From Klebsormidium nitens (lineage: Eukaryota; Plantae; Klebsormidiophyceae), in NCBI GenBank assembly GCA_000708835.1, contig DF236970.1, forward strand, positions 62,001-126,000: a DNA stretch of 64,000 nucleotides, in the 5' to 3' direction. Both the position numbers and the translations under genes were made by a program. This document shows, piece by piece, positions 1 to 12,900 of this stretch (the first letter of the stretch is position 1; each line of letters begins with the position of its first letter). The notes under the pieces were generated by a model that was not told the origin of the DNA, did no database searches, and worked only from the letters and a program-made list of their open reading frames with translations.

Positions 1-464
1 TTCAGTTTGGCCGCGGAGCTGTTTCTAAGACCAGGTTGGTGTCTGGCCGTCAGTCTCTGCTTTCAGTTTCTCCAGTTTGATTGGCTGTCGACCGTTTCCT
101 CTCGGTGTTGGTTCTATCATTCGTCGTCGTGTGACTGCTGAGCTTTTTCTGAGGCCAAACCAGATGTGCAAGCTACCAATCTCCATGTTTCGCGCCAAAG
201 CACCGTCGGCTCTTCTTGTGTCTTGGTCTTTGCTCTTGAATCTCATTCGCGTAACCCGAGTCCGGTTACTAAGCTTCTGAAGTGACCAAGTCTACACGCA
301 TAACCAGCGGCCAGGTCCAAATGCCCTCCGAACAAGTCGCCTTTCTTCCTGACGCAGAAATCTGAGTCCAGTTACCAAGGGGTTGAAGTGACCAAGTCTA
401 AAACACATATTCAGCGGCCAGGTTCGCACGCCCTCCAGAGCTGTTACCTCTTTTCCTGATGCAG

Positions 465-973
465 ACAACAACACGCGCGTCAGCATCATTCCCTTCTACA
501 ACGGCGCCGCCTTCGCCGGCGTGACGCTGGTCCGCGAAGAGGCGCGCGAACCTGCGGACGCGCTCGAGCTGCGTCCGAAGAGCGGCGAGCCCTTTTGGAC
601 GTACGAACTGGAGCTCCCCTCCGGACGCAGCGACGTCGCTGCTGAGCTCATTGGCACTGAGACGCTCATGATGGGCCATGGTTTGACGTTGTATGAACGG
701 GAGGGGAGGTTTGGGGGTTACGGGGGCGCGCAGCGTGGGGCGTCTTTGGGTTCCGAAGGTTTTGGACCGTGTTTAAATGATGCGGAGTATGTGAATGTGC
801 GGTTGCCCGAGAATCTCTCAGTGAGGTGTCCAAAGAGAATAATCGAAGGCCAAGGGTTTGAGATGTCGGCGGTGCTCGTCTCGGTGGATGGGATGGGAGC
901 GTCTCAATGCAAGGTCATATACGGTGAAGACTGGAAGTTGAAGGGTGTCATATATGGCACGTATTTTGCATGA
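465..973 (+). CDS. Terminal exon of a DUF3598-like (calycin/lipocalin-like fold, cyanobacterial-type) protein; upstream exons lie outside the window
   Basis: Polypyrimidine tract and gcag acceptor at 461-464. The frame is open to TGA at 973 and reads NNTRVSIIPFYNGAAFAGVTLVREE...VNVRLPENLSVRCPKRIIEGQGFEMSAVLVSVDGMGASQCKVIYGEDWKLKGVIY. This resembles the two repeated halves of DUF3598 proteins (recalled similarity, not searched). Confidence 0.55.
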
Positions 974-2251
974 AGATATGCTCAAGCTGAGGCTGTATTT
1001 TGTGGAGAATTCAAAAGTGGACAGTCTTCTATTGACGACTGCGGCTGGTTGTGGTGGTTGCATTCGTAAGCCTCGAGCCGGCCACTCATGATGCCACGTT
1101 GTCGATCAAGTTGGAAATCGGCAGCCTGGCTTGTGCACATGGTCGAATTTTCCCGGCCAACAAACTGTGAGGTCCGAGGGACAAATCCATCGTCTCCAAG
1201 ATTTGCAGAAGTTGCTTCATAACCTCCTTATCTTTACTTGCAGTGCATTAGTGGCACGTGCATGCTTCACATGCTAGAGGTGAATGGCGTTACTGATCGA
1301 TGTACCAGGGATACCAGATGACACCAAACCCGTCACCCTCTTTACTTGAACCACTGCATGAACGCGATTCCTAGATTAAACGATCAATCGTTATGAATCC
1401 TAGATCGACGCGGCAGCGGCCCAGCCGTTTTAGCATGTACAAATAGCTTCACATGGCCGGATGGTATACGCAGCGGCGCCGCCGCCCATGCTTTCCGTTC
1501 ACGTTGCAAGCCTCAGGCTAGTGCAGTGCAAAACGCTGCGCATGTACACGTCATGTTCAATCAAAGAGTACCATCGCGGTCCATATTTAATGCAGTACAT
1601 ATATATGCTCAGACTAGAGAATTGATTGCATCCACGGCGGCCTGACGACCATTTGATACATCTTGCACGCTTACGTTGACATGTCCGTGCATCACGCATA
1701 TCGTCATGCGCGCAGTTATGCTCAAATAATACAGGCGTACCCTTAAAAAACATTAGCGGCGGTCATTGCAGTACAAAGCACGGACTCAATGGCCGTGATA
1801 CTTCATCATGTCCACACTAAACACACTCCACATCTTGTGGCCAATCTCATGCATAGGAAAGTAAGACTGTGCGATTTTAGTCACTGCAGCAGAAAAGCAA
1901 GGGGATGCAGTGCAAACCTAGAGAAAGGTTACATCAAAACAAGCCTGCGCTTTTAAAAACATTATTTGTCCTAGGGTTCAATCTGTACTGAGCAGCCTAT
2001 ACATTGTGCGTCCATACGTCAAACCGCTAACTGTAAATTGCGACAGGACTCGTGCCTCGTGATACTCATCTAGAGCTTCAATAGGGGATTGTCTGAACCA
2101 CAGCTAACGAAGGCCGCAGCCCACTCTCGTTACCATCCGCACGCCCGATTGCTCTTCCAATCCCTCCCTCCACATTGTCACCCCTCAAAACCGTTCCGAC
2201 GACCACAATGTGCCCTTGTATCAATTCAAGCCCAGTCATACAGACCTCCTG

Positions 2252-5200
2252 TTATGACTTCCCACCAAACTGCGGCTTCTTCAGATTCACGAGGTCAGCA
2301 AACAACGCATCGATGTCGTCGGCCCTCCTCTCGGGCTCCTTCTTCTGGGGCAAAGGCTGGCCCGTCATGGTCCGCGGGCCGTTGCCTCCAAGTGAGAGCC
2401 TCTGGGTCTGCGCGATGTAGTCACTCGACTGCGCGTACGACGTGTTGCCGAGGCTGCTTCTGTTCGGGGAAGAGGCCAAAAGTTAAATCGCAGTGCATAA
2501 GCTCCAAACAAATCCGCCTACGATTGTGTGAACTTGGGGATGATCAAAGCATTGAACCGACAGGGTTGTGGCAGGCAGTTGAACAACCATGGAAGGCTAA
2601 AGAAAGGACTCGCAAAGGCTAGGACGCCCGCGTGACTGAAAGTCGCAACGAATCTCTCCAGGACGCCCCCACGGAGACGGACTTCATTTTGATTCTGATT
2701 CTGTTGACTCCTTTACGGATCGACTGAGTTCACAAACACGAGTCATGCTAGTACCAGCCAAAAGGCAAATTCTCACGCTCCACAATCAACACCACAACAA
2801 TGAACCTACGCACCTCCGTTCGTTCTGCTTCTCCTCTGAGGGGGGGTCGAACGGCGACTCGTTCGCCTGGAAGGTCGACCCCCCGGACAGGGGGCTCACT
2901 GGGCTGCCCCCGTAGGGAAGCGCCAGCTGACTTGGGTATGCGACGGGCGCCTGGTTATACTGCTGGTTGTACTGCTGCCCGTATGAGTTGGCGTTGTACC
3001 CAGAGGTATCATACGAGGGCGGACTGTACGGCTGGCTCGCTTTGAACGTGGGCTCAACGGACGGCTGGGCCCAGGGGGGGTTCACCTATTGGAGTTTGGA
3101 AGGATGGCTTCAGAAAAGTTTGGGGCATAGCAGGCTCGAATGGACTTATGTAACAGGGGGTGGAAAGTGACTCGTAGAACTAGTCTGCTAAACCGGGGAT
3201 CTCACTCTCTGGTCTGCTAAACGGGGATCTCACTCCCTGGTCTGCTAAACCGGGGGAAATCACCCACTTAATGTAGGGAGAGCATAGGTAGGACTAAAGA
3301 AACGGCATCGTCAGCTTGGGATTCGAACGTCGTCAGTCTGAAGTACTCTCCCTCCGTTGGCGATGACTGAAAGGAGAAAATTCTCAGTGGGCAACTGGGG
3401 ATTGGTAAGCATCTGGGCTTTGCAAAGGTGCGAAGTCGAGAAAATAGCCAAATGTCTCCCATGGACAGTTAACACCAGCGCTTAATGACGTCGCACGCCC
3501 GCACCAAGACGTCTGCTGACGGCTCACCTGCTGGTAAGGAGGGCTCTGGCCGGATTGAGGGTAGGACGGGCTCTGGTATGCTTGCGGACTGCTGCCAAAG
3601 GGGGGCTGCGTCTGTTGGGGACTGCCGTAAGCGGGGCTGCCAGTCTGCAGGCAGGCAAAACAATCACCACCCTTTCAAAATCCTGCAACTTTCGTGGAAC
3701 TTCGCAAGATCTCATGGATGTTTTCTGGATGCGAGACATCCAGAAAGATTCTTTGATTTGTCGGAATTGAAGCCTCCGCAAACAAACTTTCTTTCAGCAA
3801 GAGAGACACCCGTGACTCAAAAGCGAGCAAGGCCAGCGCCTACTTGTCCAACACAACTATTCCTGACAAGTCTCAACAGGAATAGAGCAGTGATATAATC
3901 CAAGCTTTCTGTTGGACAATCTTCCAATGGGCATCCTTGATCCGGAAGAGAAACGCTGGTTATATCAATTTCTGGACATACTCAGGACAACAATTTTGAC
4001 CATCCGACGGGCCCACTACGGAACAAGCTCAGCTTCGGGCTACTGTCAACGTTTGCCAACAAGTTCCGCTTTCAACCACTTCCGAATCTCTTCCAAATAG
4101 CTCGACTATCGTGGCGTCGCCCTGTTTTGCAGTACGCACCTGTCCAAACGCTGCGGGGGGCTGCTGCTGTTGCACCGCCTGCGCGGGGCGTGTCCGCACA
4201 GAGGCGGGGGCGTTGGGCAGGCCCCCTGACGTCGTTTCGGTGTAGCGGCCCGGGGGGGGCGCCAACCGGCCGGGTGGGGGTGCCTCTGCAATGGTTTGGC
4301 GCGCGGTCAGAAACCGGGTTAAGGGCCCTGTTATGTGAAGCAAACCAGGAGATACGTTTTTGCAAGTTCTAGTCCGCAGCAGACAAATACCCCGGGTGCA
4401 CTTTGCCGGAGCCCAATGCGCCCAAGAAACTTAGAGGCGGGTTGCCAGAAGCTTGTTCTGATTCAACATTGAGAACGTCGCACATGGGGGCGCATTTGAA
4501 GCCAGCAGCCCCTCGCTCAAGCAGCCAACGCCATAAGGATTGAAGTAGGGCATACTGGCCTGATTATCAGTCTTTCGTTAAATGAGGTAGACCTGATATC
4601 GAGGCAGAACTCTCAGCATTGAGAGAAGGCAATCCAGCAAGTAAGGAACTAGAGCGGTCAGACCAAGGCATAGCCCACAGAAACGTGGTGAGGTGCAACG
4701 ATGACAGACGGGACAGGCTCCTGGGAACGGGAAGGCTTCACCAAACAAACCAAGGCAAGCGACTGCGCGAGCTACACTAAAAGCTGCCCGTTTGGGAGCG
4801 CCGCTCACAATGCAGCGGATTTCGCGAAGCAAAGCGTGGAAAGTCCAAACTCGAAAGCTGGAGAATCGCGCGGCCAAAAAAGAAGGCTTCATGCAAAGTC
4901 TTACCAGTCACGGGGCTGCCCACTGAGACCGTGGCGGCGGTCGCTTGAGCTGCGGAGGGGCTGCCGACGGCGTCCACGTATTCGCCGCTCAGCAGATCAA
5001 ACACCTTCTCGCGGTCGCCCGGGGGGCGGCTGATCGGGCGTGGCGCGGCGGGTGGGGGAATGGGACGGGACGAGGAGGGCTTGGGGGCCTCCGTATTGGA
5101 GGAACGCCGGCTAGACCTGAAACGAGGTGGAAAAGCGATTGTGGGTCCACGTGGAAACAATCCATGGCCGCCTTGCCAAGTCTGAGGAGGGAGAACATGC

Positions 5201-8200
5201 ATGCAGAGGTTTCAAGGTTTGCAGACCGCGATCAACTGCTTACGGAGGCGCCTGGATGCCACGAACAATAGGGGCAACTTTACAAGGACAATCTCTTTGT
5301 GGAAGCATGGTCCTTTAAAGACCGAGGGCGAACCACGAAATCGAAAGCACGTATGGCAAAAGGAGAAACGAACCGCAGCCATAAACGACGAGTGCACAAT
5401 ATTTCGCAAGGTTTTTCTCCAACCAGCAACCGCTCTAACAAGATGAAGAGACTATTTAAGTAGCAAACCCACCTGTGCGCCAGCCGTGCAAAGTCGTCCT
5501 CATCTTCCTCGTCAGCATAGCTCCGCGCCTGCTGCGGCGCTACGGGGGCGCTCCGTGTGGGCTCCTCTTCAGGAATTGGCTGGCCGGTCGCGATCGCGTC
5601 GTGCTTTGCGAGAACCCTCGCTAGTTCGTCGTTGAACGTGAGCGCGGCCGCAAGGGCGGTTTCGTCGTCAGTGGAACCGACGAACTGCTCCACACGACGC
5701 TGCGCTGCACGGACTTGCTCGGAGAGGTCGACGATGAGCTCGTCTTGGACGGACTGCGGACGAGAAAGACGAAGTAAAAAAACATTTCTCACAAACATTT
5801 GGAATACGTGATGATTTTGAATCGCTGATCCGCTCTGCTGTAGAGACCAGAAGGGCCGCGCGTTGGCTCGAAGAGCTCGTCTTGGAAAGACCGCAGATGG
5901 TAAAAGATTTCCTTTCAATGCTTCGAAAGATGACAGCATTGAACAGCTGAAAACGTCTACTCTGGAGCCGAAACGGGCTCTCGACAGCTCGCTCAGAGGG
6001 GTCAACGATCAAACCCTCTGGATGAAGGGGGAAACAGCCCTTGAATGTTGTGACCCAACATTGCATGACTTCGACTTCAACGTTTCGCTTCTGAGATTCT
6101 CTCAATGACATTGACCGGTGATGGTTTTCTATATGGCGTCAGACAGGTCTTCACTCAGCTCCGGCGTACATCGAGGCACAGCTGTCAACAGCTTTCGGGC
6201 GTTGGAGACGCACTTATCACCAACTTCGGGATCACCGTGAGAGAAGTCCAGGAACAAAAGGTGTCCTTGCTTCAACACTGTTGCTGCTGCTATCTTTCAA
6301 ACACTCTCCCAAGGCACGACAGCATGGCAGACATGTTGCCTGGATAGATTGCAAGACGACAGGGCAACCACCAGGTTCAGCTCTCGACTCAGGGTCATGA
6401 AAGCAAGAATGCAGTCACTGATGACTCACCGCCCGGTCTTTAGGGTCAACATTTGCCAGCATCTCGTTCAGGATGTCGGCAGCTTCCCGCGACGACTTCA
6501 TCTCCTCGCCTCTGCATCGACAAATCCAAAATATGCTGAATGGTCCAGGACGCACATTGCGAATGCTGTTTTCCCTTTGGCATGAAAGTCTGTATCTGGG
6601 ATTCGCATCGGGTGTCTCCCCTGAAAACTTCGACCAGAACTACTCGAAAGTTGTTAATGTCAAAGCTGCGTGTGCATCATCAGCGTGGACGACAATCACT
6701 CATACCCACGCCACCTCAACAAGAAGCTGCTCTTGAAGTCGCTAGCCGTCCCTGATACGATGAGCGAGTTCTCTTGGAGAGGCAATCGAAAACTTCGTGC
6801 CCCATGAGGCCAGGGAAGAACATGCCGAACAAACGTGTGATATGGCGCAAGATTACGACTATCCCGTATGTCAACCGGCGCCGACATCATGTCACAAGAC
6901 GTCGGGCGTTCTTAGATGATGAACATACGTATGAGGCATAATAAGGAGGGACAACAAGGCAACTCCACCAAAAAGAGGCACTCACGAGAGCGGGCCAACT
7001 CCGTTGCTGACGGCAGGTGGCATGGAGGGCATCACCCCGTTCTGCGCATACGCAGCCGCCATGGCAGCGTCCTGGGCGTAAGAAGCATAGGGCCCGGAGG
7101 TCTGGGTCGCCGGGGGAGTAAACACAGGGGCCATGTGCTCCATGTCACGGTTCGGAAACATAATGCCCTTTCTCTGCAAGTGGGAAGACGATAGTCAGTA
7201 AAGGAGAGCGCTAATCCTATGACAAGATCTAATATAACACCGATGTGATTTTTGAGTTGGATCAAAGCTGCACTGCTTGTTTGCCAGCACAGTAAGCATG
7301 AACTTTCCGTAAGTACGTGACACCAGGACCAACACGATACCCTTTCTCTGTGCACGCTTGCAGAAAGGCAGTTCTCCGAAAATCTTTGACACCTAAACCA
7401 CATGTCTGCTGGTTTGAGTATGGAGTCAAGAAAGGATTGTTCTGAGGGTTGGTTGGTACAGGCACAGATCCGAACCTAGAAGCTCGCAACCACCTCGACT
7501 ATTTGGGTCAAAAAACGTGTCTAGAAATTGTGGTACAGAAACGGCCACCTTGGCAGAGCCATGACTGCCTGCGCCCAGGCTTGTCTGCTCTGCACTTTAT
7601 GTACATCGTTCTCCCTCTAGACCCATTCGCTGTCTGCTACACTGGCATCCTTCTTCGTTCAAGCTTTGCTTGGCAGCCTCTGTGTGCGTTGGAACTGCAA
7701 CCAGAGTCAGCAAACCTGAAATGCGTACATACAAGCAAAAGGTCTTTATTTGATAGAAAACACAGAGGACGCTTGAGACCCACCCTGACTTGGTCGTAAG
7801 CATCATAGAACTGGGGGTAGCGGCCACGGGCGCCTCCAAAGCTCTCCTGCCACACATCTAGCAGCTGCAGAATCTTGTCGCGGACCGCGTAGTCGGACTG
7901 TTTCAATACAGGGCGAGATCCGGGTTTTAGGCAAGTGTTGGTTTAGCACGTGATTTCTCCCGAGGATGAAATTCTGGGCTAGTACATGTGTTGTTTCAGC
8001 ATGTAACTTCTCAAAGATCTGCATGAACTACAACAATATCCTCACACGCCTTGCAAACCAAAGCGCTTAAGGTGAAGCGCAAGCCAATCAATGTCGATTC
8101 ACGTCCAAGTAATGGCTTTGGCAGTGGTGAAGCACAGGGCAACTCTTCCAGGTGAGAAAGGAAGCACAAACTCAGCAGACCATGATCCCCTTCTTTGATC

Positions 8201-11098
8201 CTCTGCGGTGGTAGAAAGTTGGACGAAGTTCGGAAGCACTTAACAAATTTGTCTAGGCATACTTGGCGCCTCTTGAGGAGTTGGAGGCCCAAGCATCTCC
8301 TTTGAGCATGCATGGCGCACCACTTAAATTCAGGGTCCAAAAGCCCCAGGGACAGAATTTCGAAGGATTGCAAGAAAAAACCTCGTGATTAGCAGACCCC
8401 CCTGGGACCAGCTCACCTTCTTTGTGACGATCTTGACCATCTCCGGCAGCAGTTCCTTGCTGTGGGCCACGTTTGCATGAAAGCCCTCCCCGCAGTTCTT
8501 GATGCATGATTCCAAAACCTGGGACAGAAAGAACGGGAGATATCAACTCCAGCCTAGTGTGATAAACTTACCAAACCATCAAATCAAGCACCGCAGTTCT
8601 TGATGCACGCCTTAAAAACCTGGGTCAGAAGAGAAAGAAAGATATCTGCCGCAGCCTAGCCTGACCAACTACGGAACCTTGAAACCAACAGACAGTGAAA
8701 TCTCAAGACTGATGAACTTATGTCTGTTGCTCGAGACAATGTCCCTGCACTTTGAAATATCAAAGTCTAATGGGGTTTCAGACCGTGCAGCAATTCCATC
8801 ATCCAAATCCTGAGAGCGGTATTCAAAAGACTAATGGTAGACGGCCAAAACGTTTGGCACTTTGCCATCCATCAAGAAAACATGTCTACAATACAAGCAA
8901 AGTGCCGTGCCATTTATTCTCTTCACTGTCAACTTCGAACAGTTTACCACTTCTAAACTGAACTAAAACAAGGCTTGTAACAAATCTGCAAGCCAGTATC
9001 AGCCGCACGTAAAATGCATTCATTTGATATGTTCCAACGTCTGCTTCAAAGAGAAACTGAACGAACTACCAGGTGCCCCTGACTCAGGTCAGCGGCTGCC
9101 GATAATGACAATCAAGTCTCTCCATTTACATCGAGCTGTCCACGTTTTAAGCGCAGTGAAAATGCCGGCCGGCCTTGCACAATCTTCTAATTTTACTTCG
9201 ACAATGTTTCTTGACGACCTTTTATTTTGGACACACGAAACAACTTCTGCAAAAGGCTTCTGTTTTACCCGTCCAACAAAGGTAGCGAAGACTCACCGTC
9301 AGAGCTAGCAGCTGGACTTTGGGGTTCTTGCTGTGCAATCGCTTACGCACGGCCTTCACGACATCTTTGCCCCCCCTGCAAAAGTCATAGTACAACATTG
9401 TCAAGACAACATCACCTTGAAGGCCCAGATCCTTCAGCTCGTACATGTTTTGATCCAAATCTTGCTTGTTTCAGGCATGAAGTATGGAGGATTGCAGAAG
9501 ACATCAACCCCGTATTTCGCTGGTAAGATTTGCAACGTTGCAGAACAGAGTGAAGCCATAGCAGTAAACGCTAAACAATTTTGAGATGTTTAAGAAACAT
9601 TCCAGGCTAGTGCTTTGATCGGCCCCTTAATGGCCGTGCATTCTAGATTAGTTGGGCAGCATGTGAGAGAGCGAGTACGCCAAGATTTGGCGAGAGCCGA
9701 AACCTCAAATGCTGACCCTATAGGCACAGCAAAAAAAATTGCTGACCTCTGTGTAGCATTTTGACACGTGCTGGAAGAAGCCAACTCAACCAAAAGTCAA
9801 TACTATCCATCGATCACATTACCACATTGTCACTCAACTGAAGGTCCATACTAACCACCGATCACATTGCACATTGTTGATCATGATGTCCTCAATCACT
9901 TGATACCACGATCTCATATGGAGTTCTCAGCTCTTATAACCTCCCAAAAGAACGTATAATCGGGCCAATGTGGGATGAACAATGCTCAGAAACTCAACAA
10001 AGCCATCAAAGCAAGCAGCAAAACGAACATACTACAAGGGGCATATTTTTGGGGCATAGGCATATTTTTGAAATGTCTGAAATCATAGAATCATAAAACT
10101 CAGTGAACAAATTCCGAATACCTGATCCTCAGAAAGAGACAATTCAGCAAGTGACATTGCATTGGGCTGAGTGCCAAGTCCGTCGAATGCGGCGGTGAAA
10201 GATGGCAACTGGATGCACCACTGAAAGTCAACACAGCATGCATGATGGATGAAGGAATCTGAGCACCTTGCAATTGTGAGCCAACTCCTCAATTTGGAAA
10301 AAGCAAACACTTCTGTCCCTGTGCAGACAACTAGGTAAGACTGTCTGCAATGATCAGGCAGCTTTAAAGTGGGGAAGTGCACACACTGTGATCAAGCGAG
10401 CACAACAAAATTTGAAAGTTGAATCGCAGGCTTTCCGGAATATTCTTACAGGAAATAAAGTTGGGGTTTATCAGGGTTTATTGAAACATTGCTATAATCG
10501 AAGAATCATTTAGAATTACCAAAATGTTGTTCCATGATGCATGTACAGGTGACCAGACAAGTGCGCTTTGCAGACCTGAATGAACCATTAGAACAAAGCA
10601 TCCTGATACTTTTGATTCATAAACCTCCAAGCAAAAGTCCTTTGACACAGGAGCCCAACCATCGCAGCCTGGTTGGACTACAAGGGTGCCGCAACAGCAG
10701 CTCATGCGACTGCTACATAGCTCAGCAATGCTGCATCTGATGCATGAGACTTTAGTGACCGCCAATCCAAGACCTAAACACTGACAGAAAAAAGCACCCC
10801 TTTTTACGCCAGGGCAGCGCTTAACAGCAACATTCAACATCAACCTGCTACAGCTTGTTACATGGGTAAATCAAGGGAGTTCTTTGATTGCTTCTCTGGA
10901 ATCGCAAGTGTAATAAAACATTCAAGAAGCTAAGCCAGCAGGGAACAAAGAAGTGGTGAGCAAAGAGAAGCCTCACTCAGGATCCCGGTTGATATGATCA
11001 CAAAGGTCCATGTTCATCCCCCAGTCAGGGCCCAGCAGCAAATCACTGGTGGCCTTCTCGACCAACGACGAGATGCTAGTTCCCTGAGACGGAAACAT
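2252..11098 (-). CDS. TOL: TOM1-like (TOL) VHS-GAT ubiquitin-binding ESCRT-0-like adaptor, ~640 aa, 12 coding exons
   Basis: Exons in transcript order: 10977-11098, 9297-9375, 8417-8518, 7784-7897, 6986-7173, 6430-6511, 5473-5753, 4905-5116, 4140-4285, 3528-3644, 2814-3085, 2252-2459. All introns are GT-AG and phases are consistent. VHS motifs: [70 protein letters not shown]. GAT region: VQDELIVDLSEQ...ALTFNDELARVLAKHDAIA. Pro/Gln-rich tail ending DDIDALFADLV. Confidence 0.93.
3183..3265. repeat. Intronic minisatellite, 3 copies of a ~29-bp unit (GTCTGCTAAACCGGGGATCTCACTCTCTG)
   Basis: Units at 3183-3211, 3212-3239 and 3240-3265, head-to-tail with no spacers, inside a TOL intron. Confidence 0.9.
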
Positions 11099-12045
11099 CT
11101 TTGCCCCTGTAAGTCACCAGCCCTTGGGACTGTCTCGGCAACAAAACTAAACAACTGAACCGATTTCTCAGCGGGCTTCCAGCGCGCACTCGTCTCCTCC
11201 CTTCAAAGAAAACTCCACAACTTTTCGTTTTTGTTTTTCCAATCCCTCCTTTTCTTTAGCTCACTCAGTTGCTCAGCTTGTGTTCAGCTCAACCACCCAG
11301 GAAATTGCCGCCAGCGCCAGCTGCTGACTTGCTCAATATGCCGCCATCTTTGATGCTTGCAAGTGCTGCACAGATGAAGCTGCGAGCAAATTCTGTTCGC
11401 GAATCGTTGGTCCCACTCAGATAGGGACATGACATAAAATCGACGGCTCGTTTTTGTCGGAGTTCCTGATTGTTGCCGCGTGTCGACCATATGGGGGGGT
11501 CAGAGTGTATGTTCAAATCCATCGGACGGTGTAGAGTTTGTCGGTTGAAAGTTCGATACTACAAGTTTTGACTTAGGTATCAGATCGGTTACTATAACGG
11601 TGAGGTCGGTTTTGAAGCGGACCCGCTATGTTCAGTTCAGAGGGTGGGGGTTGAGGGTTTGCCACGACGTGGGTAGCGGGACGAGGGGGGCTTGGGGCTT
11701 TGGCCGTGGTCGAGCCGTAGGCTCGGAATATTGTGCAATAAATTGCTTAAAAAGGAATTTTTTGGGGCAAAATAAATGCAGAATAAATACTATCGGTTAG
11801 CCGGAGCGGGGGAAGGGCTCCGCTTATCCTGAGCCAAATGCTGGCCCGGGGGGGGGGAGGGCTTGGCCGGTTAGGTCCCGAGGGGCTCTGAACTGAACAT
11901 AGGGGGTTCGCGCTCAAATTAAATGGACTTACCCTAACGTTTATTACTTTAGGTCAGTGCGATCGCCCGGTACATTCCGAGTTTTCACGGTTTCCATTTT
12001 AACCTCTTGTCTGTGAGTGGGACCCCGCCTGTAATGATATCCTGA

Positions 12046-12095
12046 TGACGTCAGCATGTGAGCTATCCCCCCGAAGTCCGGCCAGACCACGTGGT
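12046..12095. promoter_or_regulatory. Candidate bZIP/bHLH sites (C-box TGACGTCA and G-box ACCACGTGGT) upstream of TOL
   Basis: Palindromes TGACGTCA at 12046-12053 and ACCACGTGGT at 12086-12095, within 50 bp of each other in the spacer 5' of TOL. Function is inferred only. Confidence 0.3.
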
Positions 12096-12900
12096 GACCG
12101 CGTAGGAATGCTTGTTTGAAGTATGTCCAGAGCGTTCTGATTTGTTGACATTCTCAGACTTCTTGAGAGCGACCTTCGAAGGTCCTAGCATTAGTACAGT
12201 ATGTAGGACAGGCAATCGTTGTTTCTGCGTTGTTACAAACGTGTGGCCCAGCAGTTACGTGCATTGTTGATCAACCAACTTAAAAGCCTGAGGTGTACTT
12301 ATAGGACCTTTGTACAATTGAAAGTTAGCTATCACTGCAAACAATACAACGATATAGCGCATTGGATATGCATTCAATGGATATACCGTAGATGGATCCT
12401 AACCCGATCCTATAATAGGTATATGTCAGAATATAGCTGAAGCTCATATGTTTCGCGCGACATAACCGGTTCAAACCCAGCAGGGAACAGACCTACTGAA
12501 GTGTCCGAACGCTAACAAACTCGATCAGATGGTACGCAGGCAAAGGACTAATGTGATAATGATCAGTCGTCAATTAATTGTGCAAATAGGACTGTCGATA
12601 TGTCAAAGCCTTTACATGTATGCATTTATCACCGTGCATGAATATTGTCAAACTATGCGCCACAATGCATTCATTAGTCGCGATCGAGCGGATAACAATG
12701 ATACCAGACCTGACCCTGCCTACCGCCCAAGTAAACCTGTATGGGCCATATGACTAGCACATTGGTAGGTACCATGCAACCCCGCAAGAGAATGCCCGTT
12801 TAGAGGTGGACGTCTGCTAGCTAACAGGTTCAATCATTGACACGCGCGCACTATTGGTGCCGCTTTGACATGGTTTAAGCAGGTGAAAAAAGTATCAAGA

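Noticed and set aside
3183-3265. 29-bp repeats as a CRISPR array
   Set aside because: The units are contiguous with no unique spacers, lie in a eukaryotic intron and have no cas genes nearby; this is a minisatellite.
11641-11862. G-rich runs upstream of TOL as G-quadruplexes
   Set aside because: G-tracts are common in GC-rich promoters here, and there is nothing to test from sequence alone.
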